The position numbers were made by a program, and so were the translations under genes. The notes beneath the pieces were generated by a model. That model was not told the origin of the DNA and did not search any database. It saw only the letters and a list, made by a program, of their open reading frames with translations. DNA of 64,000 bases. Source: Vicinamibacteria bacterium. GTDB taxonomy: Bacteria; Acidobacteriota; Vicinamibacteria; Vicinamibacterales; UBA8438. This document shows positions 48,029 to 57,588 of this stretch, piece by piece; position 1 is the stretch's first letter; the number at the start of each line of letters is the position of its first letter. Location of the stretch: the NCBI GenBank assembly GCA_963578805.1, contig CAUZDY010000003.1, positions 514 to 64,513 of the forward strand, written 5' to 3'.

Positions 48029-48044
48029 CCTCCCGTCACACCCG
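48027..48044 (+). repeat. Left copy of an 18-nt direct repeat, AGCCTCCCGT(C/G)ACACCCG
   Basis: 17 of 18 positions are identical to 48347..48364. The copy overlaps the zapA stop codon. Confidence 0.7.
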
Positions 48045-48151
48045 CTTGCCAGTAATCAAGCTTCCCCTTAAGATGATGACCAAGACGGAATATCGGCGTG
48101 TATTAATGCAGTCACGAACCAATTGACGGTTGGTGGATGGCGTGAAGTTTT

Positions 48152-48338
48152 GATTTTCCCTGCAATGTGCGTGATGGTCTAGGGGCTCGTTTGAACCAAC
48201 GTTATATCGAAGTGAGCTGCGATGCTTCGTGGTGTGCATGCCTTCGAGTGAGGAAGCCTGAAGCGAAGCTCCTGAGCGGCTCCACCTGCTAGAGCAGGTT
48301 CATACGACCTCCCCACACGGCAGCGCGGGGTCTCTCTC
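48152..48338 (+). ncRNA. ssrS: 6S RNA (SsrS), predicted; ends approximate
   Basis: It lies downstream of zapA, as in E. coli. GGTGTGCATGCC...GAGGAAGCCTGAAGC parallels E. coli GGUGAGCAUGCUCGG...GAGAAGCCUUAAAAC. A CACC+hairpin (CCTGC-TAGA-GCAGG) sits where E. coli has CACC-UUGAACC..GGUUCAA. The ends pair imperfectly (CCCTGC.. 48158 with ..GCGCGGGG 48330) into a long rod with a central bubble. Confidence 0.6.
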
Positions 48339-48346
48339 TCCACGTC

Positions 48347-48364
48347 AGCCTCCCGTGACACCCG
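48347..48364 (+). repeat. Right copy of the 18-nt direct repeat, AGCCTCCCGT(C/G)ACACCCG
   Basis: It lies 320 bp from the left copy, just after the predicted 6S 3' end and before the rny-like start. Confidence 0.7.
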
Positions 48365-48400
48365 TAACCAGCGGACCCCGCCGCAGGTTCCGTTAGGAAC

Positions 48401-48811
48401 GTGCGCATGAACCAGCTGCTTTCCGAGTCGACGGCGCTGAGTGTCATCCTGGCCACCGGTCTGGGCCCTTTTCTTGTCTGGATTGTCACCAAGCAATGGA
48501 TCGCGGACACGATCTTTCGATCTTCCAAACAGGCCCAGCGCCTCGTGCTCGACGCTGAACGCGACGCGGACACGCGGAAGAAGGAGATTGTACTGGCCGC
48601 CAGAGAAGAGGCCCACAAACTCCAACGGACCGCTGAAGAGGAGTCCAGAATTCGACAAGCTGCGGCCATGGACCGCGAGAGAGCATTGACCGAAGAAGCT
48701 GTCTGGCTGTCCAAGGACATCGCCAAGAGGGTTGAGAATGAGCTTCAGTTCCCGGGACAGATCAAGGTCACGGTCATCCGAGAGACCCGGGCAATTGACT
48801 GCGCCAGATGA
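48401..48811 (+). CDS. rny: RNase Y-like protein keeping only the N-terminal TM/coiled-coil segment and the extreme C-terminus; KH and HD domains absent
   Basis: The 136-aa product has a TM segment ([18 protein letters not shown]) and an Rny-type N-terminal helix ([37 protein letters not shown]). This is fused in frame to the Rny C-terminal signature ([33 protein letters not shown]). Full-length Rny is about 520 aa. Confidence 0.6.
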   Translation: MRMNQLLSESTALSVILATGLGPFLVWIVTKQWIADTIFRSSKQAQRLVLDAERDADTRKKEIVLAAREEAHKLQRTAEEESRIRQAAAMDRERALTEEAVWLSKDIAKRVENELQFPGQIKVTVIRETRAIDCAR

Positions 48812-48835
48812 GTCAGGTGCCATAATCCGAGAGTC

Positions 48836-49873
48836 ATGGATCATGCGTTGACCGATCAGACCGTCACCGACCTCGGTGAGCACGCGCTCATTCGCCGTAT
48901 CCACACCCGCGTGCCTCCCCCCCCGCCATCAGTGATCCTGGGTATCGGCGATGATGCCGCCGTCGTCGAGTCTGACCGCGGGTCCCTCTCGGTCATCACG
49001 ACCGACACAATGGTAGAAGGTGTGCACTTCGACCGGACACTCACCCCGATGGACGCGGCCGGCGGAAAGGTCCTGACCGCAAGCCTCAGTGACCTGGCGG
49101 CGATGGGCGCAACACCCCGATACGCGCTCCTGTCACTCTGTCTCCCTGACAAGCTTCTGGTCTCCGACGTCGACAACATACTCGACGGTCTGTTGGCACT
49201 GGCAGCCCGGTTCAAAACGGCGTTGGTTGGAGGGAACATTACTCGGTCGGGTGGTGCGTTGTCTCTTGATGTGACCGCAGTGGGCAGCGTCAAACGTCGG
49301 CGTATCCTTACACGCACCGGGACACTCCCAGGCGACGACTTGTACGTAAGCGGTGAGATCGGTGGTGCAGCCACTGGTCTCTCATGGATGAGAGACGGAA
49401 AACCCGATCAGCCGATGGGGGTAGCCATGGAAGATTGCAGGCACCGATACCTCTGGCCAGAGCCTCGCGTCCGGCTCGGCACTCAGCTGGGGAGAAACCG
49501 TGCCGCTCGAGCTTGTATCGATCTCAGCGACGGACTCGCTGACGGGATTCGTCAACTATCCCAAGTCGGCGCAGTCGGGGCGAGGATCGACGCCACACTC
49601 ATCCCGATTGCACCTGGAGCCAGGCACTGGTCTGAGATCCACGATGCAGACCCAATCCTGGAGGCAATGACGGGCGGTGAGGACTACGAACTGCTGTTTA
49701 CAGCACCGCCCAGTATGCGTCGGCGGGTGGCCGCAGCCCAGCGCCTTGCCGGCAAGCTCGCGGTGACACGGATCGGACAAATGACCAAGGACCCTGCCCT
49801 GGTGTTGGTGCACAACGGCAACCCGACGGCGCTTCCAGCCGGGTACGAACACTTTCGCGCGACTGATTCCTGA
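48836..49873 (+). CDS. thiL: Thiamine-monophosphate kinase
   Basis: LGEHALIRRI...ILGIGDDAAVV...TTDTMVEGVHF...G.KVLTASLSDLAAMGATP. Confidence 0.85.
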   Translation: MDHALTDQTVTDLGEHALIRRIHTRVPPPPPSVILGIGDDAAVVESDRGSLSVITTDTMVEGVHFDRTLTPMDAAGGKVLTASLSDLAAMGATPRYALLSLCLPDKLLVSDVDNILDGLLALAARFKTALVGGNITRSGGALSLDVTAVGSVKRRRILTRTGTLPGDDLYVSGEIGGAATGLSWMRDGKPDQPMGVAMEDCRHRYLWPEPRVRLGTQLGRNRAARACIDLSDGLADGIRQLSQVGAVGARIDATLIPIAPGARHWSEIHDADPILEAMTGGEDYELLFTAPPSMRRRVAAAQRLAGKLAVTRIGQMTKDPALVLVHNGNPTALPAGYEHFRATDS

Positions 49874-49904
49874 GGTCAGTGTCCGGACCCTATGGAACCA
49901 GCTG

Positions 49905-51692
49905 CTAACGGCCGTCGAACTCCTGATCCTTGTACTGCAATTGGTAGAGTCGGTAGTAGATCCCGCGCAGGGCCAGCAGTTCCTGATGGGTCCCCGACTC
50001 TCTGAGCTCCCCACGGTGAAACACGATCACCCGGTCCATATCCTGTACCGTCGACAGTCGGTGCGCGATCGCAATCGTCGTGCGTCCGTGCATCAGTGTC
50101 CGTAGTCCATCTTGAATCAGTAACTCAGTGTCGGTGTCGATACTTGAGGTCGCCTCGTCGAGAATGAGAACAGCCGGGTCAAACGCGAGCGCCCGGGCCA
50201 ACGACAGAAGTTGCTTCTCTCCGACCGAAAGTGTGGCGCCCCGTTCAACCACCACACTATCGAGGCCATCGGATAATCGATCGATGACACGGTCGGCGTG
50301 TACGTGGCGGGCCGCCGTCAGGATCGCGTCATCCGTCAACCTCTCCTGACCCATCGCGATGTTGTCGCGAATAGTCCCTGAAAACAGATAACCCTCTTGC
50401 AAGACGAGCCCAAACCGACACCGCAGGTTAGACAGCGACATGTCGCGCACATCGACGCCATCGACCGACACGCTTCCTTGGTTAACATCGTAGAAACGAA
50501 GCAGGAGATTAATGAGCGTCGTCTTCCCAGCACCGGTCGCGCCGACAATCCCAACCCGTTCACCAGGCGCGATACTGAACGACACGTCGCGCAGAACATC
50601 CTCGTCGCGGTAGGCAAACGACACATGGTCAAACGTGAGCCGACCGTCTCGCGGTTTGGTCACCGCGCGCGATGTCGGGCGATCGGTGATTTCGGCTGAA
50701 GTGTCGAGCAGATCAAAGACACGTTCAGACGACGCCATAGCTGACTGCAGAATGTTGAACTTTTCCGAAAGGTCGCTGATCGGCCTAAAGAACCGCTGAG
50801 AATACTGTAGGAAAGCCACCAGCGACCCCAACGTCAAAGTATTCTCAAGCGTCCAGCCACCGCCAAACCAAATAATGAGTGCGGTAGCCAACGCTCCCAC
50901 GAACTCGATAGCGGGATAAAAAGTCGCGTAGTAGAACACCGAGTCCAGATTGGCGTCTCGATGAGCACGATTGATGTCGTCAAACTGTCCGAAGCTGTGG
51001 CGCTCCTGTCGAAAAAGTTGAACCGTCGACATACCGGTGATGTTCTCCTGCAGCGTAGCGTTGATCCGAGCCACCCAGCCGCGTACCCGCCGGTAGGACT
51101 CTCTAGCGTGGGCGCGAAACCAGAGAGTCACGACCGCGATCAACGGCAAGACGGAGAACGCTACCACAGCGAGACGCCAGTCCATGAAGAGCAGAATTGC
51201 CATGATGCCAAGCAACGTGAAGAGATCGCGGAAGACCGAGATTACACCCGACGCAAACAAGTCATTGAGTGCATCGACGTCAGTGGTCACCCTGGTCATC
51301 AATCGCCCCACTGGATTTCGGTCGTAGAAGCGAACATCCAGGCGTTGCAAATGCCGATAGACTTGCATCCGCAGGTCATACATGATCCGTTGCCCCATCA
51401 TCTGCGTCGTGTAGGTCTCGGCGTATTCGAGCACGAACGATGTCAGAAGGATGACGAGGAAGAGCAAGGCAATTTGATCGAGACCGTCGAGAGCGCCAGT
51501 CAGGATGTGCTGGTCGATGACCACCTTGGTAAGGTAGGGCTGCGCCAGCTGCATTATCGAATGGCCAGCGATGGCGACCAGAGCGACCGTCACACCGGAC
51601 CAATGTGGACGCAGGTAGCCCAACAGTCGCCGCATCAACCGCGAGTCGTAAGCCTTACCAACTACTTCCTCATCCATTGGCGTTACCGACAT
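49905..51692 (-). CDS. ABC transporter, fused permease/ATP-binding exporter (MdlB/MsbA-like)
   Basis: A six-TM domain, Walker A GATGAGKTT, signature LSVGEKQLL and Walker B ILILDEATS. Confidence 0.9.
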   Translation of the reverse strand: MSVTPMDEEVVGKAYDSRLMRRLLGYLRPHWSGVTVALVAIAGHSIMQLAQPYLTKVVIDQHILTGALDGLDQIALLFLVILLTSFVLEYAETYTTQMMGQRIMYDLRMQVYRHLQRLDVRFYDRNPVGRLMTRVTTDVDALNDLFASGVISVFRDLFTLLGIMAILLFMDWRLAVVAFSVLPLIAVVTLWFRAHARESYRRVRGWVARINATLQENITGMSTVQLFRQERHSFGQFDDINRAHRDANLDSVFYYATFYPAIEFVGALATALIIWFGGGWTLENTLTLGSLVAFLQYSQRFFRPISDLSEKFNILQSAMASSERVFDLLDTSAEITDRPTSRAVTKPRDGRLTFDHVSFAYRDEDVLRDVSFSIAPGERVGIVGATGAGKTTLINLLLRFYDVNQGSVSVDGVDVRDMSLSNLRCRFGLVLQEGYLFSGTIRDNIAMGQERLTDDAILTAARHVHADRVIDRLSDGLDSVVVERGATLSVGEKQLLSLARALAFDPAVLILDEATSSIDTDTELLIQDGLRTLMHGRTTIAIAHRLSTVQDMDRVIVFHRGELRESGTHQELLALRGIYYRLYQLQYKDQEFDGR

Positions 51693-51693
51693 C

Positions 51694-53472
51694 TCAGGAC
51701 GCCTCGAGCTCAGCTTTCAACAGCTGTTTCCGATACAACCCCGCATACAAGCCGGCCTGCCGCACTAACTCGTCATGGGTACCGCACTCGACCACCTTGC
51801 CCTGGTCGAGCACCAAAATCAGATCGGCCTCTCGGACAGTCGAAATCCGATGCGAGACCACGATAGACGTCCGTTGTCGGAATCGGCGCCGAAGCTGGAT
51901 GAGGATCTCTTCCTCAGTTTGCGTATCGACCGCAGACAGGGCGTCGTCAAGGATCAGGATTCGAGGGTCGATCAGGAGCGCGCGCGCAATCGCCGTACGT
52001 TGTTTCTGGCCACCCGAAAGAGTGACCCCGCGCTCACCGACCATGGTGTCGAGGCCTTCCGGAAAATCGACGATGTCTTTGTCAAGACGCGCGATGTCAA
52101 CCACTTGGGAAATTGAACAGTTGTTGGAATCAGTTCTCGCCGTGAGTTCTGATCCGAGGGTGCCAAAAGCCACGTTGTGAGCAATCGACCTGGAAAAGAG
52201 GAATGGCTCCTGCGGAACATACCCAATGGCACCACGAAGCACCGACAGTGGGATCTCTCTCACGTCAACACCGTCGATCAGAACGGAACCAGATGGCGGG
52301 TCAAGAAGCCGCGGAAGAAGATCGACAAGTGTCGATTTTCCCGCGCCGGTGGGCCCTACCACCGCCAGCATTTGACCCGGCTCCACGGTTACCGAGACAC
52401 CGTCCAGCACCGACTGACCGTCGTACGCGAACGTGAGGTCGCGAAACTCGACCCTACCCACAATGTCACTCGGTGTCCTCAGACTCGGGTGTGGACCCGG
52501 GTCTCTAATCGACGGCAGGGTCTCCAGAACGTCGAGCATACGGCGCCAGGCTGCAAGACCCCGCTGCAGCATGTTGGTAACCCAACCGAACGCAATCATC
52601 GGCCAGCTAAGCATCACCAGATAGCCGTTAAAGGCCACGAAGTCCCCGACGGTGATTTGATTGGCTACGACAAGACGACTGCCCAACCACAGGACGATCA
52701 GTGCTGACAGACCCAGAAACAGCGACATGCTTGGATAGAACAGCCCCTGTAGTTGAATCACGGCTCGGCTTCGACTGAGATAGTCATCGTTCGACCGACG
52801 AAACCGTTTGATTTCGACAGCCTCTCTCCCGTACGCCCGCACCACCCTGACGCCGGCCAGTGCCTCTTGAGTCGTCGAACTCAGGTGCGCAAGTGCCTCT
52901 TGAATCTGCTCAGACCGCCGATAGATAGCGCGACCGAATCCCCTGACTACCAACGAGACGAACGGTAGTGGAAGCAGAACCAACAGAGTGAGCTGAGGGG
53001 AAATAGACAGCATCATCAGTACGCCAACAACGAAGACGATAGACGTGGTGCAGGAGTACATAATGGCTGGCCCGACCATCATCCGCACCGCATTTAGATC
53101 GTTGGTAGCGCGCGACATAAGGTCACCGGTTCGGTGCCTCTGAAAATAGGCAAGGGGCAGACGCTGCAGACACGAGAAGAAGTCGTTCCTGAGGTCGTAC
53201 TCAATTTGCCGGGAAATTCCAATCACGATGCGACGCATCAGGAAGCGGAAATATCCGCCCACCAAAGCGACCGCGATCAACACGCCGGCGTAGACCGCCA
53301 GCTTTTGACGAGTCACACCCCGCGTAAGATCGTCAACCGCGAGCTTGAGAACCCAGGGCGAGACGAGCTGGATGCCGGTTGCAAGAATAAGAGAGACGAA
53401 CCCCACCGCGAAACGACGCCGGTAACGAGCGAGGTAGGGAATAAGCTTCCGCAGTGAGGCGCCGATTCGCAA
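51694..53472 (-). CDS. ABC transporter, fused permease/ATP-binding exporter (MdlA-like), partner of 49905..51692
   Basis: Walker A GPTGAGKST, signature LSGGQKQR and Walker B ILILDDALS. TTG start. It lies 1 nt upstream of its partner gene. Confidence 0.9.
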   Translation of the reverse strand: MRIGASLRKLIPYLARYRRRFAVGFVSLILATGIQLVSPWVLKLAVDDLTRGVTRQKLAVYAGVLIAVALVGGYFRFLMRRIVIGISRQIEYDLRNDFFSCLQRLPLAYFQRHRTGDLMSRATNDLNAVRMMVGPAIMYSCTTSIVFVVGVLMMLSISPQLTLLVLLPLPFVSLVVRGFGRAIYRRSEQIQEALAHLSSTTQEALAGVRVVRAYGREAVEIKRFRRSNDDYLSRSRAVIQLQGLFYPSMSLFLGLSALIVLWLGSRLVVANQITVGDFVAFNGYLVMLSWPMIAFGWVTNMLQRGLAAWRRMLDVLETLPSIRDPGPHPSLRTPSDIVGRVEFRDLTFAYDGQSVLDGVSVTVEPGQMLAVVGPTGAGKSTLVDLLPRLLDPPSGSVLIDGVDVREIPLSVLRGAIGYVPQEPFLFSRSIAHNVAFGTLGSELTARTDSNNCSISQVVDIARLDKDIVDFPEGLDTMVGERGVTLSGGQKQRTAIARALLIDPRILILDDALSAVDTQTEEEILIQLRRRFRQRTSIVVSHRISTVREADLILVLDQGKVVECGTHDELVRQAGLYAGLYRKQLLKAELEAS

Positions 53473-53771
53473 CAGATCAGAATAACAGTTCTATATGTCC
53501 GCTTACGTCATTGTCACAGACTTGAACCACTCCGCTCGAGATAGCCATGGGGGGAAACCTCAAGAAACAGTGGACCAGTGGTACGAAGTGTGCACCGCGT
53601 TCAAGCTACCGGATGCCCTGGAGAAGGACTACTCGGTTCGCTTGGTCCGCGTCAATATCTAGGGACCGGTCAACTTTAGGCGCGTGATTGGGATCAATAT
53701 CGACTGCTTTTCAACCGCGACTTCGGTGATTTCAAGTTCAAAGAGATGTGCTTCTCTGGCTTCTTTCGGTT

Positions 53772-54944
53772 CTAGTTTCCTAGCCGTGCCAGCCGTCGAT
53801 CAGCTTCATGGAGCGTTTCATCGCGCTTGCAGAAGCAAAACCTGACCTGGCTCTGACCCAGCTCTGGAGTGTGGTAGAAGCTGCTGCCTGGAACCGTCGC
53901 CACACCCCCATTCTCAACCAGTCGACGGGCGAAGGCCATATCGTTGCCTAGCCCAAAATGGCTGATGTCCGTCATGATGTAGTACGCGCCCTTCGGGCGA
54001 TAGCAGACGAACCGATGCCGCTCGAGAATCTCAAGCAGTAAATCGCGGCGCCGCTGATATTCCAACGCGAGCTGGGTGTAATACGAGTCCGGAAGTGACA
54101 GTGCGGCGACCCCCGCTTCCTGGAGGGGAGCCGCCGCCCCGACCGTCAAAAAATCATGCACCTTCCGAATACCTGCCGTCAGCCAGTCCGGTGCAATCGC
54201 CCATCCAACCCTCCAACCAGTCACACTGTAGGTCTTCGACAAACTGTTGATCGTGACTGTCAAGTCGGCCATCCCGTCAAGAGCGGCCATCGGTAAGTGC
54301 TGTGCTCCGTCGTACAAGATGTGCTCATAGATTTCATCCGTGATCGCCAGGACACCCCACTGCTGACATAAATCGGCGATACAACTGAGTTCGTCACGGG
54401 AGAAAACCTTTCCAGTTGGATTATTCGGGGTGTTGATGATGATCGCTTTTGTCCGGTTCGTGAACGCGCGTGTTAACTCGTCAACATCAAACGTCCAGTC
54501 CGGCTCACGAAGCGTGACATACCGGGCGGTTGCCCCAGACAGCATCACGTCAGGCCCATAGTTCTCGTAGAACGGCTCAAACACGATGACCTCGTCGCCA
54601 GGATCGACCGCAGCCAGCAGCGTCGACATCATGGCCTCGGTCGCCCCGCAACAGACCGTCACTTGGCTCTCTGGATCGACCGTGACGCCGTAGCGGCGCG
54701 TAAATTCCCTGGAGACGGCGTAACGTAGCTCGGGCGCCCCCCACGTAATGGCGTATTGGTTGACATCGTCCTGAATGGCTGAACTCGCGGCATCCTTAAC
54801 AGGCTGAAACGCCGGAAAATCTGGAAAGCCCTGCGACAGATTGACCCCGTCGTGTCGGCGGCACAGGCGTGTCATCTCCCGTATCACCGACTCGGTAAAC
54901 CCCTGTGTTCGCTGCGCACAAACCAGCTTGGACATACGTACCAT
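53772..54944 (-). CDS. Class I/II PLP-dependent aminotransferase (YbdL/kynurenine-type)
   Basis: NLSQGFPDF, NTPNNPTGKVF and SLSKTYSVTGWRVGW (PLP lysine). Confidence 0.85.
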   Translation of the reverse strand: MVRMSKLVCAQRTQGFTESVIREMTRLCRRHDGVNLSQGFPDFPAFQPVKDAASSAIQDDVNQYAITWGAPELRYAVSREFTRRYGVTVDPESQVTVCCGATEAMMSTLLAAVDPGDEVIVFEPFYENYGPDVMLSGATARYVTLREPDWTFDVDELTRAFTNRTKAIIINTPNNPTGKVFSRDELSCIADLCQQWGVLAITDEIYEHILYDGAQHLPMAALDGMADLTVTINSLSKTYSVTGWRVGWAIAPDWLTAGIRKVHDFLTVGAAAPLQEAGVAALSLPDSYYTQLALEYQRRRDLLLEILERHRFVCYRPKGAYYIMTDISHFGLGNDMAFARRLVENGGVATVPGSSFYHTPELGQSQVRFCFCKRDETLHEADRRLARLGN

Positions 54945-54953
54945 TATGCTTTA

Positions 54954-56216
54954 ATGTCGAGCTTCGAATTGAACGATAATGGAGTCACGGAGACCGCCAT
55001 GTCGCATCTCTTGACCCATCGAGCCGCTGGGTGGCTCACGCTTGCCTCCGTCGCCGTCACCCTTGGGACCTCATCTCCACTCCTGGCGAAACCCGCCGTC
55101 CAACCCATCTACGACACTCGCACTCTCCCAGTTGAAGAGTTCTCGCCAGCGTTCCTTGGAATCTACCGGAAGGTGATGGAAATCGAGGGGGAGATCGCCC
55201 GGCATGCCGAGTCGTACGGTGTTGACGTTGATCTGGCTTGGGCCGTCTGCCTGTACGAATCAGGAGGCAACCAGAACCTCAGCTCATGGGCCGGCGCACA
55301 GGGCTACTTTCAGGTCATGCCGGCCACGTTCCGCTCGCTCCAGGTCGACACCAATATCGAGGCCGGCGTGAAATATCTCTCACAAATGATCGCCCGTTTC
55401 GACCGAGAGGACTTTGCACTGGCGGCTTACAACGGCGGTCCTGGGCGTGTGAGTAGGGGACGCCCACCGCTCGAGTCTCTGCAGTATGTGCTCGGAGTGG
55501 GTCATTACCGCAGCGTGCTTAAACTGCATGCACGATCGATTCGACACCACGCCGAACAACTGTCCCTGGTCGACGTTCGCGACGGTGATGACTGGTGGAG
55601 CATCTCGGAGCGGAGCAATATTTCGATCCTGCAGCTACGCCTCCATAATCCGTTTCTGTCAACCCGGGCTCTCCGGCCCGGACAGGTCATGGCCATTCCA
55701 CCATCGCCGCGAACCAACTTACTCTCACTCAGCGGTAACGATGTCGAGTACACCACGCGGCATGGCGATAACTACTTCAACCTGGCGTTTACTCTTGAAG
55801 TCGCCCTCGAGGCACTCCGTGACGCCAACAGCCTGTGGCGGCTCCAGACGCTTCCAGTCGGGCAGGTCTTGAGGGTGCCGCTGGCCTGGACCGGGAAATA
55901 CAACGAGCATCGGGTCGTACCAGGAGATACCTTGAAGACAATTGCCGACGCTCGAAAATCGCAGCCGTGGCGGATCATCAGGGACAATACGCTCTTCTGG
56001 GACGAGTCACTCACCCCGGGAATGGTACTCAAGGTTCGGCCCGAGGCGCCCAAGCCGACCTACATCACGCACCGTGTGACGAACGGAGACACGCTCGGCG
56101 CGCTCGCCAGTCACTACGGCACGAGTGTCAGAGCTATCCAGTCAGCCAACAACCTGGGACGAAATACGACGATTCGTGTCGGGCAGCAACTACGTATCCC
56201 AACCCGTTCGCCTTGA
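54954..56216 (+). CDS. Lytic transglycosylase (SLT domain) with four LysM repeats
   Basis: The SLT core is VCLYESGGNQNL...GAQGYFQVMPATF...AYNGGPG. Four LysM-like units follow (for example HRVTNGDTLGALASHYGTSVRAIQSANNL). The start may be 54954 or 54999. Confidence 0.8.
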   Translation: MSSFELNDNGVTETAMSHLLTHRAAGWLTLASVAVTLGTSSPLLAKPAVQPIYDTRTLPVEEFSPAFLGIYRKVMEIEGEIARHAESYGVDVDLAWAVCLYESGGNQNLSSWAGAQGYFQVMPATFRSLQVDTNIEAGVKYLSQMIARFDREDFALAAYNGGPGRVSRGRPPLESLQYVLGVGHYRSVLKLHARSIRHHAEQLSLVDVRDGDDWWSISERSNISILQLRLHNPFLSTRALRPGQVMAIPPSPRTNLLSLSGNDVEYTTRHGDNYFNLAFTLEVALEALRDANSLWRLQTLPVGQVLRVPLAWTGKYNEHRVVPGDTLKTIADARKSQPWRIIRDNTLFWDESLTPGMVLKVRPEAPKPTYITHRVTNGDTLGALASHYGTSVRAIQSANNLGRNTTIRVGQQLRIPTRSP

Positions 56217-56342
56217 TGAGTGACTAGCGAGCCATCCGTTGTGGTCGTCCGACCTAGTAATCTCGGTTGCAGCTAGGATGACTCTCGGGCCCCCGAAACG
56301 CCACGCCTCAGCACCCGAACAGTTTCCTGCGTTACATCGACA

Positions 56343-57002
56343 CTACTTGGGTTGAGGCACAACGCGGATATACGGCAGAGGCGACTCCCATCCATCTGGG
56401 TATGTTTCCCTTGCCGCCTCATCCGTTACGGACGGCAGGATGATGACGTCGTTCCCCTGCTGCCAGTTCGCAGGTGTCGCGACCTTCTTGGTTGCTGTCA
56501 ACTGACACGAATCAACCAAACGAAGGATTTCGTCGAAGTTACGACCCGTGCTCATCGGATAGGTCAGCGTTGCCTTGATCTTCTTGTCCGGACCGATGAC
56601 GAAGACCGACCGAGCCGTGGCATTGTCCGCTGGGGTCCGCCCTTCCGATGTGTTGCCTGCGTCGACAGGCAGCATGTCGTACATCTTGACAACCTTTAAC
56701 TCTGGGTCACCGATCAGGGGATAGTTCACCGCGTGGCCCTGCGAAACCTCGATATCCTTCGACCACTTCTCGTGGTTACTGACACCGTCCACGCTGATGC
56801 CGATCACCTTGCAGTTACGTTTCACGAACTCAGGCTTGAGACCGGCAACTGTCCCGAGCTCTGTCGTGCAGACCGGTGTAAAGTCCTTCGGGTGTGAAAA
56901 CAGAATGGCCCACCCATCCCCGATCCAGTCGTGGAACGTAATCGTCCCTTCTGTCGTTTCGGCGGTAAAATTAGGCGCCTCTGCGTTGATACGTAGTGAC
57001 AC
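56343..57002 (-). CDS. 1-Cys peroxiredoxin (Prx6 type)
   Basis: FHDWIGDGWAILFSHPKDFTPVCTTELG. Confidence 0.9.
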   Translation of the reverse strand: MSLRINAEAPNFTAETTEGTITFHDWIGDGWAILFSHPKDFTPVCTTELGTVAGLKPEFVKRNCKVIGISVDGVSNHEKWSKDIEVSQGHAVNYPLIGDPELKVVKMYDMLPVDAGNTSEGRTPADNATARSVFVIGPDKKIKATLTYPMSTGRNFDEILRLVDSCQLTATKKVATPANWQQGNDVIILPSVTDEAARETYPDGWESPLPYIRVVPQPK

Positions 57003-57588
57003 AGTTCTTTCCTCCTTAGCGGTGACATAGTCACTGCCCTACTTACTTAAGTATCAGCGACTTATTCTACCTCCTGTTTTGGGCGAACATGCGGCCAGAG
57101 ACAAAAAACTGACCGTAAGGCGTGATACGAACAGGGTCGGATAGTGGAGTCGGTGACCCCAGAAATAGGAGGACACGGTGTGGCGGGGAAATCTAGCGAC
57201 GCTGAGGCGTCTCACCAAGAATGGCGGCGATATGGACGCGAAAGACCAGCATGACAGACGGGCCCAATGATTGTGGCGTACGACGACCGTGTCGATCTTA
57301 TGGCCTCCTACTGGACCGCTGCACCAACGTCAACCATACGGGAAAATATCGCGTTAGTGCGTTCGTGATGACCGTGATTTACAGCCACACCGAAATCGCT
57401 CTGACTGTCGTCGATGTGGGTGCCGACCACTCTATCCGCGGCAACGGGCCGCCAGGTTCTCCAACAAGACAGCATTTCTGATCGACCAACAGCGTCCCTA
57501 CCGCATCGCGGCGCTCCAGACGAGCCCGTGAGTAGAGCCAGACGAGCGGCAGGCCGAAGGTACCACCAACGAGGATCCAACGTGAGGT

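Noticed and set aside
48836-49873. I considered whether this AIR-synthase-fold gene is selD, which would support selenocysteine use.
   Set aside because: The sequence (GEHALIRRI, ILGIGDDAAVV, TTDTMVEGVHF, SLSDLAAMGATP) is ThiL-type. It lacks the SelD N-terminal Cys/Sec-Lys loop.
53495-53662. A 55-aa plus-strand ORF (MSAYVIVTDLNHSARDSHGGKPQETVDQWYEVCTAFKLPDALEKDYSVRLVRVNI) in the spacer between the aminotransferase and the ABC exporter. Its first seven residues resemble the start of DUF1330 proteins.
   Set aside because: The similarity is limited to a few residues. The ORF is about half the length of DUF1330 and has no clear RBS. It could be a decayed remnant or chance, and I cannot support it as a gene.
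57003-57588. A 586-bp stretch with no confident gene between the peroxiredoxin and DUF481. I examined all six frames, including read-through of internal TGA codons.
   Set aside because: No frame gives a recognisable protein or convincing codon bias. The listed ORFs (57221..57481 +, 57308..57580 -, 57414..57737 +) look like shadow frames. I found no clear RNA motif by eye and left the region unassigned.
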